A stretch of DNA of 64,000 bases. Source: a virus. The notes under the pieces are model-generated. The model had not been told where the DNA came from. It was given only the letters and a program-made list of their open reading frames with translations, and did not search any database. The translations under genes and the position numbers were made by a program. Positions 10,197 to 19,777 of the stretch are shown here, in pieces; the stretch's first letter is position 1, and every line of letters begins with the position of its first letter. The stretch is from positions 10,245 through 74,244 of IMG/VR virus record IMGVR_UViG_3300034418_008158; one strand, given 5' to 3'.

Positions 10197-11384
10197 TTAT
10201 TTTACTTTATTTAAACTTTTAGAAATGTCTGATAATCTTAGAAGCATCTTACTTCTTGAAATCTCAGGAATTTCAGGAATATCTAAAGTATAGTCAAAAC
10301 TCTGATCTGTACTAATATCTCCATCGTAAAGAATTTCACTCATAAAATCGTCTTCAAACCCATCTCCAAAGGTTTCACTGTATTCATCCAACTTAGATTT
10401 ATCTTCAATGACTTTTATTGGAAAATAACGACAAGTCCTCATTTTACCATAGTTGTCAGAAGGTGGTACAGCTACTACATCAGCAGGATTAACAAGCACC
10501 ATAATAGAAGTTGTACCAAAAGAGCCACTATTGACTAGCCATTCTTTACCAGCAACATGAAGACCATGACTACAGGTATAATCTTGTCTTGCATCACACT
10601 CTGTTCTAGGTATAGAAACAGCTTTACCAATAGTAATTTGCATTGTTTTTGTATAACTGTCTGTATAGACTGTACCTTTTTCTTCAGAAAGTCCTTTGTA
10701 CAACTCATCAAGATTTCCTTCAACTGTATAGTTTTCACTTTGAAATTCAGGAGAATAAACTTTACCACTTTTAGTAGATTTATAATTTCCTTTATCATCA
10801 AGGTAAAGAGTATAGTTTTTAGGAGATTTTTTATGCTTAAATTTAACTTTAGCATACTCATGAGTGATTACTTTTGTCATTTCACAATCATACAAATTCC
10901 CTTCTGATTTAATCTCTACATTACGATAAGCAACGAATAATCCACTCTTTGATATTGTCATACCATACTTGTTAAGAAACCAAAATAAATTAGTTCTAGC
11001 TCTTGAATCTGGATTTAAACAACATAGAGTCCAAAAATTAATATAGGTCTGTAATAACTCAGTATTTCCTGCTTTTTCTGCATCATAAATAGCAATAGCA
11101 AGAGATTCAGGCAAAGTAAGTTCTGATACAGATTTTAAGTACAGGCTGTTACCAAAAGAAGTAAGAACTTTAGAACTTTTTATATCAGAATAAAGAGTTT
11201 CTTTTTCTTCAATTTCAATTTCTAATTCTACTTTCTTTGGTGTCATTAGAAGTTTTATTTTATCTTCATCTTCTAAATTGTCTTTGATTTCTTTAAAAAA
11301 GAGATCATCACAATTAGATTTAGATAAAAATGTACCATCATTTAAGATGATAGTTAGGTTAGAACCAATTTTACTAATCTTCAT
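10197..11384 (-). CDS. rIIB-like protein
   Basis: GLFVAYRNV, CSHGLHV, VNPADVVAVP.D..GKMRTCRY; directly downstream of rIIA-like gene. Confidence 0.85.
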   Translation of the reverse strand: MKISKIGSNLTIILNDGTFLSKSNCDDLFFKEIKDNLEDEDKIKLLMTPKKVELEIEIEEKETLYSDIKSSKVLTSFGNSLYLKSVSELTLPESLAIAIYDAEKAGNTELLQTYINFWTLCCLNPDSRARTNLFWFLNKYGMTISKSGLFVAYRNVEIKSEGNLYDCEMTKVITHEYAKVKFKHKKSPKNYTLYLDDKGNYKSTKSGKVYSPEFQSENYTVEGNLDELYKGLSEEKGTVYTDSYTKTMQITIGKAVSIPRTECDARQDYTCSHGLHVAGKEWLVNSGSFGTTSIMVLVNPADVVAVPPSDNYGKMRTCRYFPIKVIEDKSKLDEYSETFGDGFEDDFMSEILYDGDISTDQSFDYTLDIPEIPEISRSKMLLRLSDISKSLNKVK

Positions 11385-13644
11385 TTTCTATAGGTTTTAA
11401 ATTTAAAATAGTTTCTTTCTTTAATTTTTTCCAGGCATCTAGGTTTGGTCTGAATAACTTTCTAGCTAAAACATAGTCAACAACTAAATTAACACAATTT
11501 AATGGAATTTTACTACTTGAATAATAGTCGTTTGGTGCTATATTTTTGATAAATAAAGCTTTTTTCATAAGGTCTTGATTAGTCCTTGCCAAACTTACAA
11601 TTTCTTCATCAAAATAATTCTTATCTTTACATAATTGATAAATTTCTTCTTTAAGTTTAGACTCAACCTTACTTAAATGCAGAATTTTATACTTATGTAA
11701 TTTTATAACTACATCTCTTAAATGTGTAGAAACTAAATCAAGATTACTTATAGAGTAAAGCTCATCTAATTCAGGATACTCTTTTTCAAGATGGAATGCT
11801 GTTGCAATTCTTCTTAGCGGTTTATACTTAACACTCATAAATTTATCAATTTTTATACAATTAGGAATATCTTTTAATTTTTTAACTCTTGTTGGAGCCA
11901 TTTCAATTAAAAATAAAGATTTATTTATATTTTTACTCCTATCATGAAAAAGAAGTCTAAATAAACCCCTTAATAACTCATTGTCTTTAGGTGCATAAAT
12001 ATAGATTCCCTTACTTTGTGCCATTTTCTCTGCTGTAACTGTAGTAGATTCAGTAGTCACACTTGTACCATGATAAGAATATCTTAATAAATGAATTGTA
12101 AATTCTTCTTTTGAAAAAGTTTTACGAGAAGTTAAAGCTCTTGCAGCTAGTTGCTTCGCCTTTCTTTCTTTTATCCAACTACTAGGAATTCCTCCAGGTG
12201 AAAACTTTTTAATCTTTTTCCAAGCAGGAAATACTCTATCAGTCAAGACAAGCTTTGCCTCTTTCCAGGAGTAATCTACTCTTGTATTAGTTCTAAAAAG
12301 TTTCATGGACGTTTTTGTAAGTTCTTCCCAATATGCTAAATTAGGTTTTACAAAAATTGCACCATGAAAACAATGATCTTTTAAGTAAACTTTTTCTAAA
12401 GAAGTCAAATTAGAAATATCAGCAAAATAAACTTCATTACTACCTGATATAATCTCAAACATTGATATTGTTTGGTGACTATAAAATTTACCATGTTTAA
12501 GCTTATAAACAGACATAGTTTGTTTTGATAAACTATGTCCCATATAAGATTTAATCTTTTGAATATCATATTTTTCACCTTTATAAGTAAAAGCTTTAGA
12601 TAATCCAGGAACATGAATATTTATAATTTTATTTGGTGTGTCAAGCAAGATAAATTTTGAATTCTCACAAGCTTTTATATACTCTTGTAAATCATCGAAA
12701 TCATTGTCTTGTGCTAGTATTAAATCTTCAATTTCCTGTATTGCTTCTTGCATTTTAAACTCAATTGCTTCTATGTTTTCTTTAGTGTAAAGAATTTCTT
12801 CTCTATTAGGAGTCACTTTTAGGTCTCCTATTTCAAAATTTAAAGCAATTGGCAATCTTTGTTCTTCATGAGAAAAACGATGATTTAAGCTTTCAAATCT
12901 TATAGGATATGTTACTTTTCCTAAAGTTAGTCTAGGAATTGCTTCATCACTACAAACAGAAAAGCTTTTATACCTTTTTATAGCAATGTTATTAAAATCA
13001 TTACTAAAAAACGTAGAATTAGTTCCCTCAGTAAAATCCTGAATATAAAGATTCTCAAAATAAGCTAATTGTTGAGTTATTGCTCTTTTAAAAACTGAAA
13101 TATCAGACCATTGTACAGGCACATAAACTTTAAATCCATTTCTTTCTTCTGTTGGTTCACTATGTAATAAATCAATAGAAATTGACCCTTCATCTTTATA
13201 CATGACATACTTATACATTACTCCATCATAGTGAGAAGTTAAATAAGTTACATCAGAGTATGCAAGAACAGAAAATCTTCCTATACCAAACCCACCTATT
13301 AAAGTGTTAGAATCTCTTTTTGTAGAACTTCCAATGTTTCTGTATATTTCATTAAAACGTTCTTCAGATAAACCCACACCAAAGTCTTCAATAGAAAAAT
13401 AATAAGCTCCTTCAGTATCTTTCCCAAGAGTTAGTACTACAGGATCATCAACTCCAGCTTCTACATGAGAATCCCAAGCATTACTAACTGTTTCTCTTAC
13501 TAAAGATTTAACAGGTTGAGAGTATAAGTTTGTTGATAAAATAGAAACAATAAAATCAACATTAGCCATATCAATAGATATGTTATTGTTTTTAATATCA
13601 CCTATTTGTTCAACCTTACTTTCTTTTTGTGTATCAAATTTCAT
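11374..13644 (-). CDS. rIIA-like protein with N-terminal GHKL/Hsp90-type ATPase
   Basis: LYS, RETVSNAWDSH, DFGVGLS, STKRDSN..IGGFGIG, VTPNREEI. Confidence 0.88.
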   Translation of the reverse strand: MKFDTQKESKVEQIGDIKNNNISIDMANVDFIVSILSTNLYSQPVKSLVRETVSNAWDSHVEAGVDDPVVLTLGKDTEGAYYFSIEDFGVGLSEERFNEIYRNIGSSTKRDSNTLIGGFGIGRFSVLAYSDVTYLTSHYDGVMYKYVMYKDEGSISIDLLHSEPTEERNGFKVYVPVQWSDISVFKRAITQQLAYFENLYIQDFTEGTNSTFFSNDFNNIAIKRYKSFSVCSDEAIPRLTLGKVTYPIRFESLNHRFSHEEQRLPIALNFEIGDLKVTPNREEILYTKENIEAIEFKMQEAIQEIEDLILAQDNDFDDLQEYIKACENSKFILLDTPNKIINIHVPGLSKAFTYKGEKYDIQKIKSYMGHSLSKQTMSVYKLKHGKFYSHQTISMFEIISGSNEVYFADISNLTSLEKVYLKDHCFHGAIFVKPNLAYWEELTKTSMKLFRTNTRVDYSWKEAKLVLTDRVFPAWKKIKKFSPGGIPSSWIKERKAKQLAARALTSRKTFSKEEFTIHLLRYSYHGTSVTTESTTVTAEKMAQSKGIYIYAPKDNELLRGLFRLLFHDRSKNINKSLFLIEMAPTRVKKLKDIPNCIKIDKFMSVKYKPLRRIATAFHLEKEYPELDELYSISNLDLVSTHLRDVVIKLHKYKILHLSKVESKLKEEIYQLCKDKNYFDEEIVSLARTNQDLMKKALFIKNIAPNDYYSSSKIPLNCVNLVVDYVLARKLFRPNLDAWKKLKKETILNLKPIENED

Positions 13645-13649
13645 AAAAT

Positions 13650-14111
13650 TTATTTTTTAAATTCAACAATAGTTACAATCATGTCTTTTAATTCTCTGTT
13701 TATAAGAGCTTCAACGATACTCCATTCTCCACCACCAATACCACAACCAATCATAGGAAGACCAATATGTTTTCCAGGATACAATTGATTCACTTTTCGT
13801 AAAGCAAGTCTCAATGCAGTATAATCTAAATTAACTCCACCAAAATACTGAGTATATAAATTCATTGCCATAAAAGTATTTCCTTCTCCATCAACAGGTA
13901 CTTCAACTTGAGTAAAATCACCAAGCCTACTTATTGGAAGTCTAGTGTCTTTTTGATCAATATCATATAGTTCAGGAATTTGTATTCTTATTTGTCCAGC
14001 AATTCCAGCATTCATAAATTTTTGACAATTAGCTCCATGAGCTATGACATCAAAGATACCTTGATAGGCAAGAGTAATAAGATTTCCTTCAATTTTTGAA
14101 AAAGTTACCAT
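13650..14111 (-). CDS. macro domain (ADP-ribose binding/hydrolase) protein
   Basis: EGNL, IAHGANC..FMNAGIA, NLYTQ, PMIGCGIGGGEW. Confidence 0.88.
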   Translation of the reverse strand: MVTFSKIEGNLITLAYQGIFDVIAHGANCQKFMNAGIAGQIRIQIPELYDIDQKDTRLPISRLGDFTQVEVPVDGEGNTFMAMNLYTQYFGGVNLDYTALRLALRKVNQLYPGKHIGLPMIGCGIGGGEWSIVEALINRELKDMIVTIVEFKK

Positions 14112-14800
14112 AAGATTTTAGTATTTTTAGTTTTAGATAATATTTCGTTAGCAAAAATAAAATGATTATTTCCATAGAAGTTTGCTGGATTTAATGCAGG
14201 ATTTGTTGAAGTCAAAACATAGTTAAAGTCCTCATTTATTGGGACTTTTTTAATCGTTTCTTCATCATACCCCCTTACCTGGAACTGATTATGAATGTAA
14301 GGTATAAATGACTGAGCATTTTTTCCCCAAAGCAACCAAATACAAGGATTCTTGTGAGAAATAAGACTTACTATAGCTTGTGTAAATTCTCTCCAATAAG
14401 TCAAATGGCTTCCTGGTCTCCCTGTTTCTACTGTTAAAGCTGTATTTAACAGTAAAACTCCTTGGTCTTTCCACAAACTAAGATCAGTTTGAAACTGATC
14501 CCTTGAAGGAAATTGAGCATTTACTTCTGTGTTTATTACTTTCAGTTCAAAGGAATTTAGTTTTCCTAAAGGCACTCTAAAAGCATAACCTAAACTGTAG
14601 TTAGGAGAAGAATAAGGTTCTGTACCAAGTATAACCACTTTTATGTCTTTAATGGCCATGCTTAGTGTATTAAATATATCTTTTCCTTGTGGTTGAAAAG
14701 ATATATCAGGTAGTATGTTCAATAAATCTACCAAAGGTTCTTGATATAATTTATTTAATACTGGATTCCAACTACTATCAATATTTCTTTTTGAATTCAT
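14105..14800 (-). CDS. uracil-DNA glycosylase family 1-like protein with degenerate catalytic motifs
   Basis: VVILGTEPY, GYAF, W..QGVLLLNTALTV, LLWG..AQ; GQDPY and HPSP are replaced. Confidence 0.85.
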   Translation of the reverse strand: MNSKRNIDSSWNPVLNKLYQEPLVDLLNILPDISFQPQGKDIFNTLSMAIKDIKVVILGTEPYSSPNYSLGYAFRVPLGKLNSFELKVINTEVNAQFPSRDQFQTDLSLWKDQGVLLLNTALTVETGRPGSHLTYWREFTQAIVSLISHKNPCIWLLWGKNAQSFIPYIHNQFQVRGYDEETIKKVPINEDFNYVLTSTNPALNPANFYGNNHFIFANEILSKTKNTKILW

Positions 14801-14970
14801 GATTTTTTAGTATTAAAGTTAGCTTCTTTAATTATACAATTAGACATTAAAATCCAACCAAATCTTTCAGACTTAACTATATGCAAACCAGATTCAGGTC
14901 TTAGTTCAATGTTAGTTGCATCTTCCCATTTATGTTGTTTTCTCCAATCTTTATTATATTTGATTTTCAT
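14797..14970 (-). CDS. small hypothetical protein (57 aa, below ORF-track cutoff)
   Basis: MKIKYNKDWRKQHKWEDATNIELRPESGLHIVKSERFGWILMSNC...; overlaps primase stop and has ATGA overlap with UNG start. Confidence 0.55.
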   Translation of the reverse strand: MKIKYNKDWRKQHKWEDATNIELRPESGLHIVKSERFGWILMSNCIIKEANFNTKKS

Positions 14971-16037
14971 AGTAACAGTAATTTTTTCTCGTTAAGAAAT
15001 GAAGTTAAATGCTTTTTTCCTCTTCTGTGTATTAAGTCAGCAGGATCAGATACTTGATATTTTATCAAGTCCTCTGGTAAATATAAAAAAGTAGACTTAT
15101 TTTGAGTGAATAGAGAGTTAATTTTATCTGAAACATCTTTTGAAGCTCTTATTCCAGTATCATCATTGTCAAAGAAAACTAAAATTCTATCAAATCTTTG
15201 GGCTAAACTATGAAGTAACTTATCATTAGGTGTTTGACCTTCATTTTGAAACCAAACAGTATTAAGATTTAGATTTCTTAGTACTCTACAATCTTTATAA
15301 GATTTTGATATAATTAGTTGTCTTCCAAAAGGGACAAGTTTATTTAACTCTCCAATATCATCATTGGTACAATTAGTCATGAAACGGAGATTCTTACCCT
15401 CATAAGGTCTATACACCTTTTTAGCTCCTGATTCAAAATTGGTAAAGACATATCCTTTTCCTGTTACAGTGAAGTTAAAAGTTCCTCTTTTTGACCCTTT
15501 TACTTTGAATCTATTTATAGGAAATACTTTATCTTCCTGTAAATTTGATTTTGATATACCATATTTTCCCCAAAAGGCTTTATCTCTATTTTCCCATCCT
15601 CTTGTTGCTACAAAAAACTGTGTAGGTGTATCTTTCCCTTTTGTTATAGTACGGGAATAGGATTTCTTTTCTCTAACCTCTCTCTTCTTAAATCCTTCCA
15701 GGTTTATCAATTTAGCTTCAATAAAAGATAAGGTCTCAAAGAAATTGGCTAACTTAAAAAAAACATAAACCGCATCAAAGCAATCCATATTTCTTAACTT
15801 AACATGTCCATAAGTTCTAGGATCACCAAAGTCCTTAAAACGTAAAGTATCATTATAATATTCAAAATAGCAACCTGGAGACATATCTACTCTAAATGGG
15901 GAAACAACAAATTGATATTCAACTGGCTCATAACCAAAGACTAAAGCAAAGATTTCTTCTTGAGAAACTCTATCTAAGATATAGTCTTTACTTATAAATC
16001 CCATTTGATCTAGTTCATCAGTATTATGATTTATCAT
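14967..16037 (-). CDS. DNA primase (TOPRIM)
   Basis: SPFR.D..PGC, FKDFG, IISKSYKDC, QNEG, FFDNDDTG, DPAD. Confidence 0.85.
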   Translation of the reverse strand: MINHNTDELDQMGFISKDYILDRVSQEEIFALVFGYEPVEYQFVVSPFRVDMSPGCYFEYYNDTLRFKDFGDPRTYGHVKLRNMDCFDAVYVFFKLANFFETLSFIEAKLINLEGFKKREVREKKSYSRTITKGKDTPTQFFVATRGWENRDKAFWGKYGISKSNLQEDKVFPINRFKVKGSKRGTFNFTVTGKGYVFTNFESGAKKVYRPYEGKNLRFMTNCTNDDIGELNKLVPFGRQLIISKSYKDCRVLRNLNLNTVWFQNEGQTPNDKLLHSLAQRFDRILVFFDNDDTGIRASKDVSDKINSLFTQNKSTFLYLPEDLIKYQVSDPADLIHRRGKKHLTSFLNEKKLLLL

Positions 16038-16048
16038 ATAAAGTAGTT

Positions 16049-16079
16049 AAAAAAGAGGGTAAGTTTCCTTACCCTCTTT
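16049..16079 (-). terminator. intrinsic terminator
   Basis: AAAGAGGGTAAG/CTTACCCTCTTT perfect hairpin with U-run after the SSB-like gene. Confidence 0.8.
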
Positions 16080-16097
16080 ATGTCATCAATTAAAATA

Positions 16098-16868
16098 CTA
16101 CCAAGCTGCTTTCTTCGCAGCATCAGCATTAGCTTCAGCAAAGTTGCTGTTAGTACTAACACCTTCTGGCCCTCTATCTTCACCTTCAACTTGAAGATAA
16201 GCTTTAGGAGACTTCATGAAATTTGCATTTCTTGTAAAAGGGTGTTCTTTGTTAGCACCATCTATATAACGAAGCCCATTTGCATCATTTATTGCAGTCC
16301 ACTCACCAACAGAGACATCAGCAGGACAGAAGAAATAACCTCCTTTCATGTTCTTAGCCAATTCAAGAAAAGTTCTTTCCTGGCCTTCTTTTATGTTCCA
16401 TTGGTACTGTAAGAAAGCATCAATAGGTCTTGTAGTATAATCTACAGGTAGAAGGGCACAAACTACATTAGCCCAAGCAGCAAAATTTGCTTGTGGTGTA
16501 GCCAAAGCAGTATTGATTGTCTCTTGTGTCACACCTGTAGCTTTAATAGCATGAATAACAACAGCCATTTTTTGCTTCATCTCTGCCTTATACAAAGCAG
16601 CATATTCTGGGTTGTCGGGGCCAATTAAATTGTTTTTAGAATCATACAAATCACCAGTTACATCATAGATGCGGTTATTGTATTCTCTATCTCCAATTTT
16701 GATATTAATATCAACTGCATTTCCAGCAGACCCATCTTTTCCAGCATTTGCATTATATGCAATTCTTGTAAAATTTACACTTGGGTTTAACCCAAAGACT
16801 CCACCTACTTTGCTTTTCAGCGTGTTGTCATTATCATTGACTGTTCCAAATATTGACTCTTGACTCAT
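16098..16868 (-). CDS. putative single-stranded DNA-binding protein
   Basis: Located between ATPase and primase; beta-rich N-terminus and flexible tail ending in W. Confidence 0.5.
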   Translation of the reverse strand: MSQESIFGTVNDNDNTLKSKVGGVFGLNPSVNFTRIAYNANAGKDGSAGNAVDINIKIGDREYNNRIYDVTGDLYDSKNNLIGPDNPEYAALYKAEMKQKMAVVIHAIKATGVTQETINTALATPQANFAAWANVVCALLPVDYTTRPIDAFLQYQWNIKEGQERTFLELAKNMKGGYFFCPADVSVGEWTAINDANGLRYIDGANKEHPFTRNANFMKSPKAYLQVEGEDRGPEGVSTNSNFAEANADAAKKAAW

Positions 16869-16928
16869 AATAAAATAATTTTTAAAAAGTTAAATTTAAC
16901 TACTAATAAAACGTAACTCATTAGAGTT

Positions 16929-17258
16929 TTAGATGTTTGACCAAGGATCATTATCTCCTTCTTCTTCTGTTAGAACTTCTACCATTTCTTGATGTCCTGC
17001 TTCTGCTTCAGCATTTTCTATTTCTTGCTGTACCTCAGTAGGGACTTCAACTTCGTCTTGACTTACTGTATCATCAATTAAGATGAAAGGGTCTTCAACT
17101 TTAGGCATGGTTCTTCTTCCTTTTAATTCAGGATGTGTGAACACTTTTTTCATGGCAGCTTGTGTGATGCCATAATGATCTGCAAGGTCTTTGCGTGTGT
17201 AACCTTCTTTTAACATTCTTAGAATGTCGCTGATTTTGATTTGAACTTTGTTGTCCAT
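16929..17258 (-). CDS. HTH protein with acidic tail
   Basis: EGYTRKDLADHYGIT HTH pattern; acidic C-terminus ending DPWSNI. Confidence 0.65.
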   Translation of the reverse strand: MDNKVQIKISDILRMLKEGYTRKDLADHYGITQAAMKKVFTHPELKGRRTMPKVEDPFILIDDTVSQDEVEVPTEVQQEIENAEAEAGHQEMVEVLTEEEGDNDPWSNI

Positions 17259-17301
17259 AATAATAAAATTTTTAAATTTAAAAAAGTATAGAATATAAAA
17301 C

Positions 17302-17982
17302 TTAACCTGCCATTAGTATGTCAATGACAAATTGATAATCATTTTCAATAATACCATCAAAAGCTCCCATAGGGCTTCTTGCAGTATTTAAGCCACTATT
17401 CTCTGTTTCAAGAATATACCTGGTTTCTCCAGCTTCTTTTATAACATCAGAATACAGTACAGTTTCAAGTTTACCTTCAATCTGCATGTTAGTAGCCATA
17501 TTACCAAGAGTTTTAAGTCTCATCTTGGTTTGGACTCCTGATTTGTAATCTTCAATATGACCTGTAAGAATAGCATACTTTTCTTCTTCAAACATGCCTC
17601 TTGCTTCTACCTCTTCAATATGATCCATAATATCCTTATAACTTCTAGGGATTACATGATAGGGTAAAATTGGATTAAATTTCTTCCCATATTCTGCTTT
17701 TCCCCCTGTCCATACAGGATTCTTATTATCAGCATTGAACCAGATATTAGTCTTTGGTTTTAAGGTTCTCATACCAGAAGATTTACCTGTTCCTGGCTCT
17801 CCTAGAATAAGAACTATCTCAAACCCTTTGTTTTGAAGAGCTGTTATCAATCTCCAAATGTCTTGACCATAATCTTTCCACTTATCGTGGTTAGCTTTCT
17901 TTTTGTCAAGCATATACAATTCAGTCTGAATACCTGTTAAGGTATCAATGCAAACAGTACGAATTTTTGGTGTTTCTTCCAT
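17302..17982 (-). CDS. Sak4/AAA_24-like P-loop ATPase with rearranged motif order
   Basis: GEPGTGKS Walker A, VCIDTL Walker B-like, ILTGH, ARSPMG. Confidence 0.8.
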   Translation of the reverse strand: MEETPKIRTVCIDTLTGIQTELYMLDKKKANHDKWKDYGQDIWRLITALQNKGFEIVLILGEPGTGKSSGMRTLKPKTNIWFNADNKNPVWTGGKAEYGKKFNPILPYHVIPRSYKDIMDHIEEVEARGMFEEEKYAILTGHIEDYKSGVQTKMRLKTLGNMATNMQIEGKLETVLYSDVIKEAGETRYILETENSGLNTARSPMGAFDGIIENDYQFVIDILMAG

Positions 17983-19106
17983 TAAATTTCTAATTTTTCA
18001 AAGTTTTTATAAGTCCCTTTCATGTTTACTCTCCAATGTTTAGGAAACTCGCAATGCCTAGCTTCTACTAAATGTACAGTACGCATATCAGGGTATAATT
18101 CATTTCCATCACTATCTTTAATTACTTTACCAAAATGCTTAGAAAGATTATATCTTTCATCATTAGGGTTAAACAAAGTAAAAACATAATCTGCATCTTC
18201 AGCTAAATTACCAGTATCCTTAATATCATCAGAATTAGGATAAAGTAAGTCGCTGAAGCTTTTTAGTCTGTCCATTTGAGTCATGTTTCTATTCAAGTGT
18301 ATGATGTGTACAAAAGTGTACTTACACCAATTACGAATATCAACAGTGTACTCAATGTACTTGTCAACAGTTTGTTTTCTTTGCCAACCTCTTTCATTCA
18401 TTAGCTTTCTTAAATGGTCAGTAATAACAATAGTAAATTTGTCTGGATTCTTTGGCTCATACCCAACTATTCTTTTGGAGTTACCCATTTGAATCTTATT
18501 AAATTTACCATTTTGCTCTGCATGATGGAGTAAATACTTGTATAATCCTGTTGGATTATTTTTCTCATCTATAAAAGTTATAACACCTGGAGTGATACAT
18601 ATACCTTTTTCAGAGTATTCTCCAAACAAAGGTATAATTCTTTTTTCATAGACTTGTTTTAGTGCTTCTAAAATTTTAGGCTTCATTAAGATGGTTTTGT
18701 GTTCATCATCTTGAAGTCTACCCCTTAAATAGTTAGGCACAAGTGGGATGATATTTTTACCACCAAAAAGTTGACCATCTTCTAATTCTATATGAGTAAT
18801 CCCATAGTCATAGAATAAAAAGAAAGTTGCAAAGTCAAATTCTTTCTCTACTCTATCTATCTCAAAAGAGAAATAGATAATTTCAATAGGAATATTATTT
18901 TCCATTGCATATAAGATTGGCATAATCACAAACCCATGGTCTACAAAAGTAGACTTACCAGCTTTAGGGGCAGCAGCAACTCCATACATTCTTGCTCTCT
19001 GCACTCCATTAATGGAACTAGATATGTGACTAAGACCTTCACCCATAGGTAAACCTTTGTTTTTCCCAGCTTGTCCTTTTTTAAACTCTAAGATAAAATT
19101 ACTCAT
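17982..19106 (-). CDS. DnaB/RecA-like replicative helicase
   Basis: AAPKAGKST, YFSFEI, ITDH, HLNR, DIKDTGNLAEDADYV. Confidence 0.85.
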   Translation of the reverse strand: MSNFILEFKKGQAGKNKGLPMGEGLSHISSSINGVQRARMYGVAAAPKAGKSTFVDHGFVIMPILYAMENNIPIEIIYFSFEIDRVEKEFDFATFFLFYDYGITHIELEDGQLFGGKNIIPLVPNYLRGRLQDDEHKTILMKPKILEALKQVYEKRIIPLFGEYSEKGICITPGVITFIDEKNNPTGLYKYLLHHAEQNGKFNKIQMGNSKRIVGYEPKNPDKFTIVITDHLRKLMNERGWQRKQTVDKYIEYTVDIRNWCKYTFVHIIHLNRNMTQMDRLKSFSDLLYPNSDDIKDTGNLAEDADYVFTLFNPNDERYNLSKHFGKVIKDSDGNELYPDMRTVHLVEARHCEFPKHWRVNMKGTYKNFEKLEI

Positions 19107-19119
19107 TTGTGTTCATAGG

Positions 19120-19695
19120 TTACTTCATTGTGATAGAAGGACTTTGCCTCCCTTTGCTACTTAGTTTGTTTTCCTTTACTAAGTCAACATATGTAAGTAT
19201 AGGATTAGTCATATTTACCCCTTTATCTTTTTGAATAAAGTAGTGTGGGTTACTCACATATTTAGCTTGTCTTCTTTCGTGGAGACAAGTTTCTATATAG
19301 AGTCTTGTTGCTTGTAAGACTAATTCTTTTGACACATCAGGATGAGCATACATTAATGCTTCCATCCTAGCAGTACATTCTCTTTTAAATTTATTGTCTT
19401 TGCCAAAAGGCTTAAACAAAGGTAAGTATTCAGTAATAACCCAATCTAATCTGATTTCTTCTTCAGCAAATAAAGGTTGTAGCCAGGTATAACTATATGT
19501 ATCTCTGTTATATACAACAATGCTGAGAGCATTTACTTTTTGTTTTAAGGAATCTGGTATATAGCTTGGTTCACAGCTGAAATACAAAGATAACAAATAA
19601 GCAACGCAATCGGAAGTATCTAGGTTATTATTTTGAAATAATTCAATCAATTTTAGATTTATCGGTTTTTTCATTTTCTCTTTTTTTAACTCCAT
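19120..19695 (-). CDS. hypothetical replication-module protein (possible helicase loader/initiator)
   Basis: Directly upstream of DnaB-like gene; real start probably MKKPINLK. Confidence 0.5.
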   Translation of the reverse strand: MELKKEKMKKPINLKLIELFQNNNLDTSDCVAYLLSLYFSCEPSYIPDSLKQKVNALSIVVYNRDTYSYTWLQPLFAEEEIRLDWVITEYLPLFKPFGKDNKFKRECTARMEALMYAHPDVSKELVLQATRLYIETCLHERRQAKYVSNPHYFIQKDKGVNMTNPILTYVDLVKENKLSSKGRQSPSITMK

Positions 19696-19777
19696 CTAAT
19701 AATTTGTCAACAACTTTTTGATCTTCGACATCGAAGAGACTTAGTTGTTTGCCTGGTTTAACTTCTTTCTTTTTCAT
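19643..19777 (-). CDS. 44-aa peptide with QLSLF clamp-binding-like motif (not in ORF track)
   Basis: MKKKEVKPGKQLSLFDVEDQKVVDKLLDGVKKRENEKTDKSKID; ATGA overlap with helicase stop. Confidence 0.65.
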   Translation of the reverse strand: MKKKEVKPGKQLSLFDVEDQKVVDKLLDGVKKRENEKTDKSKID

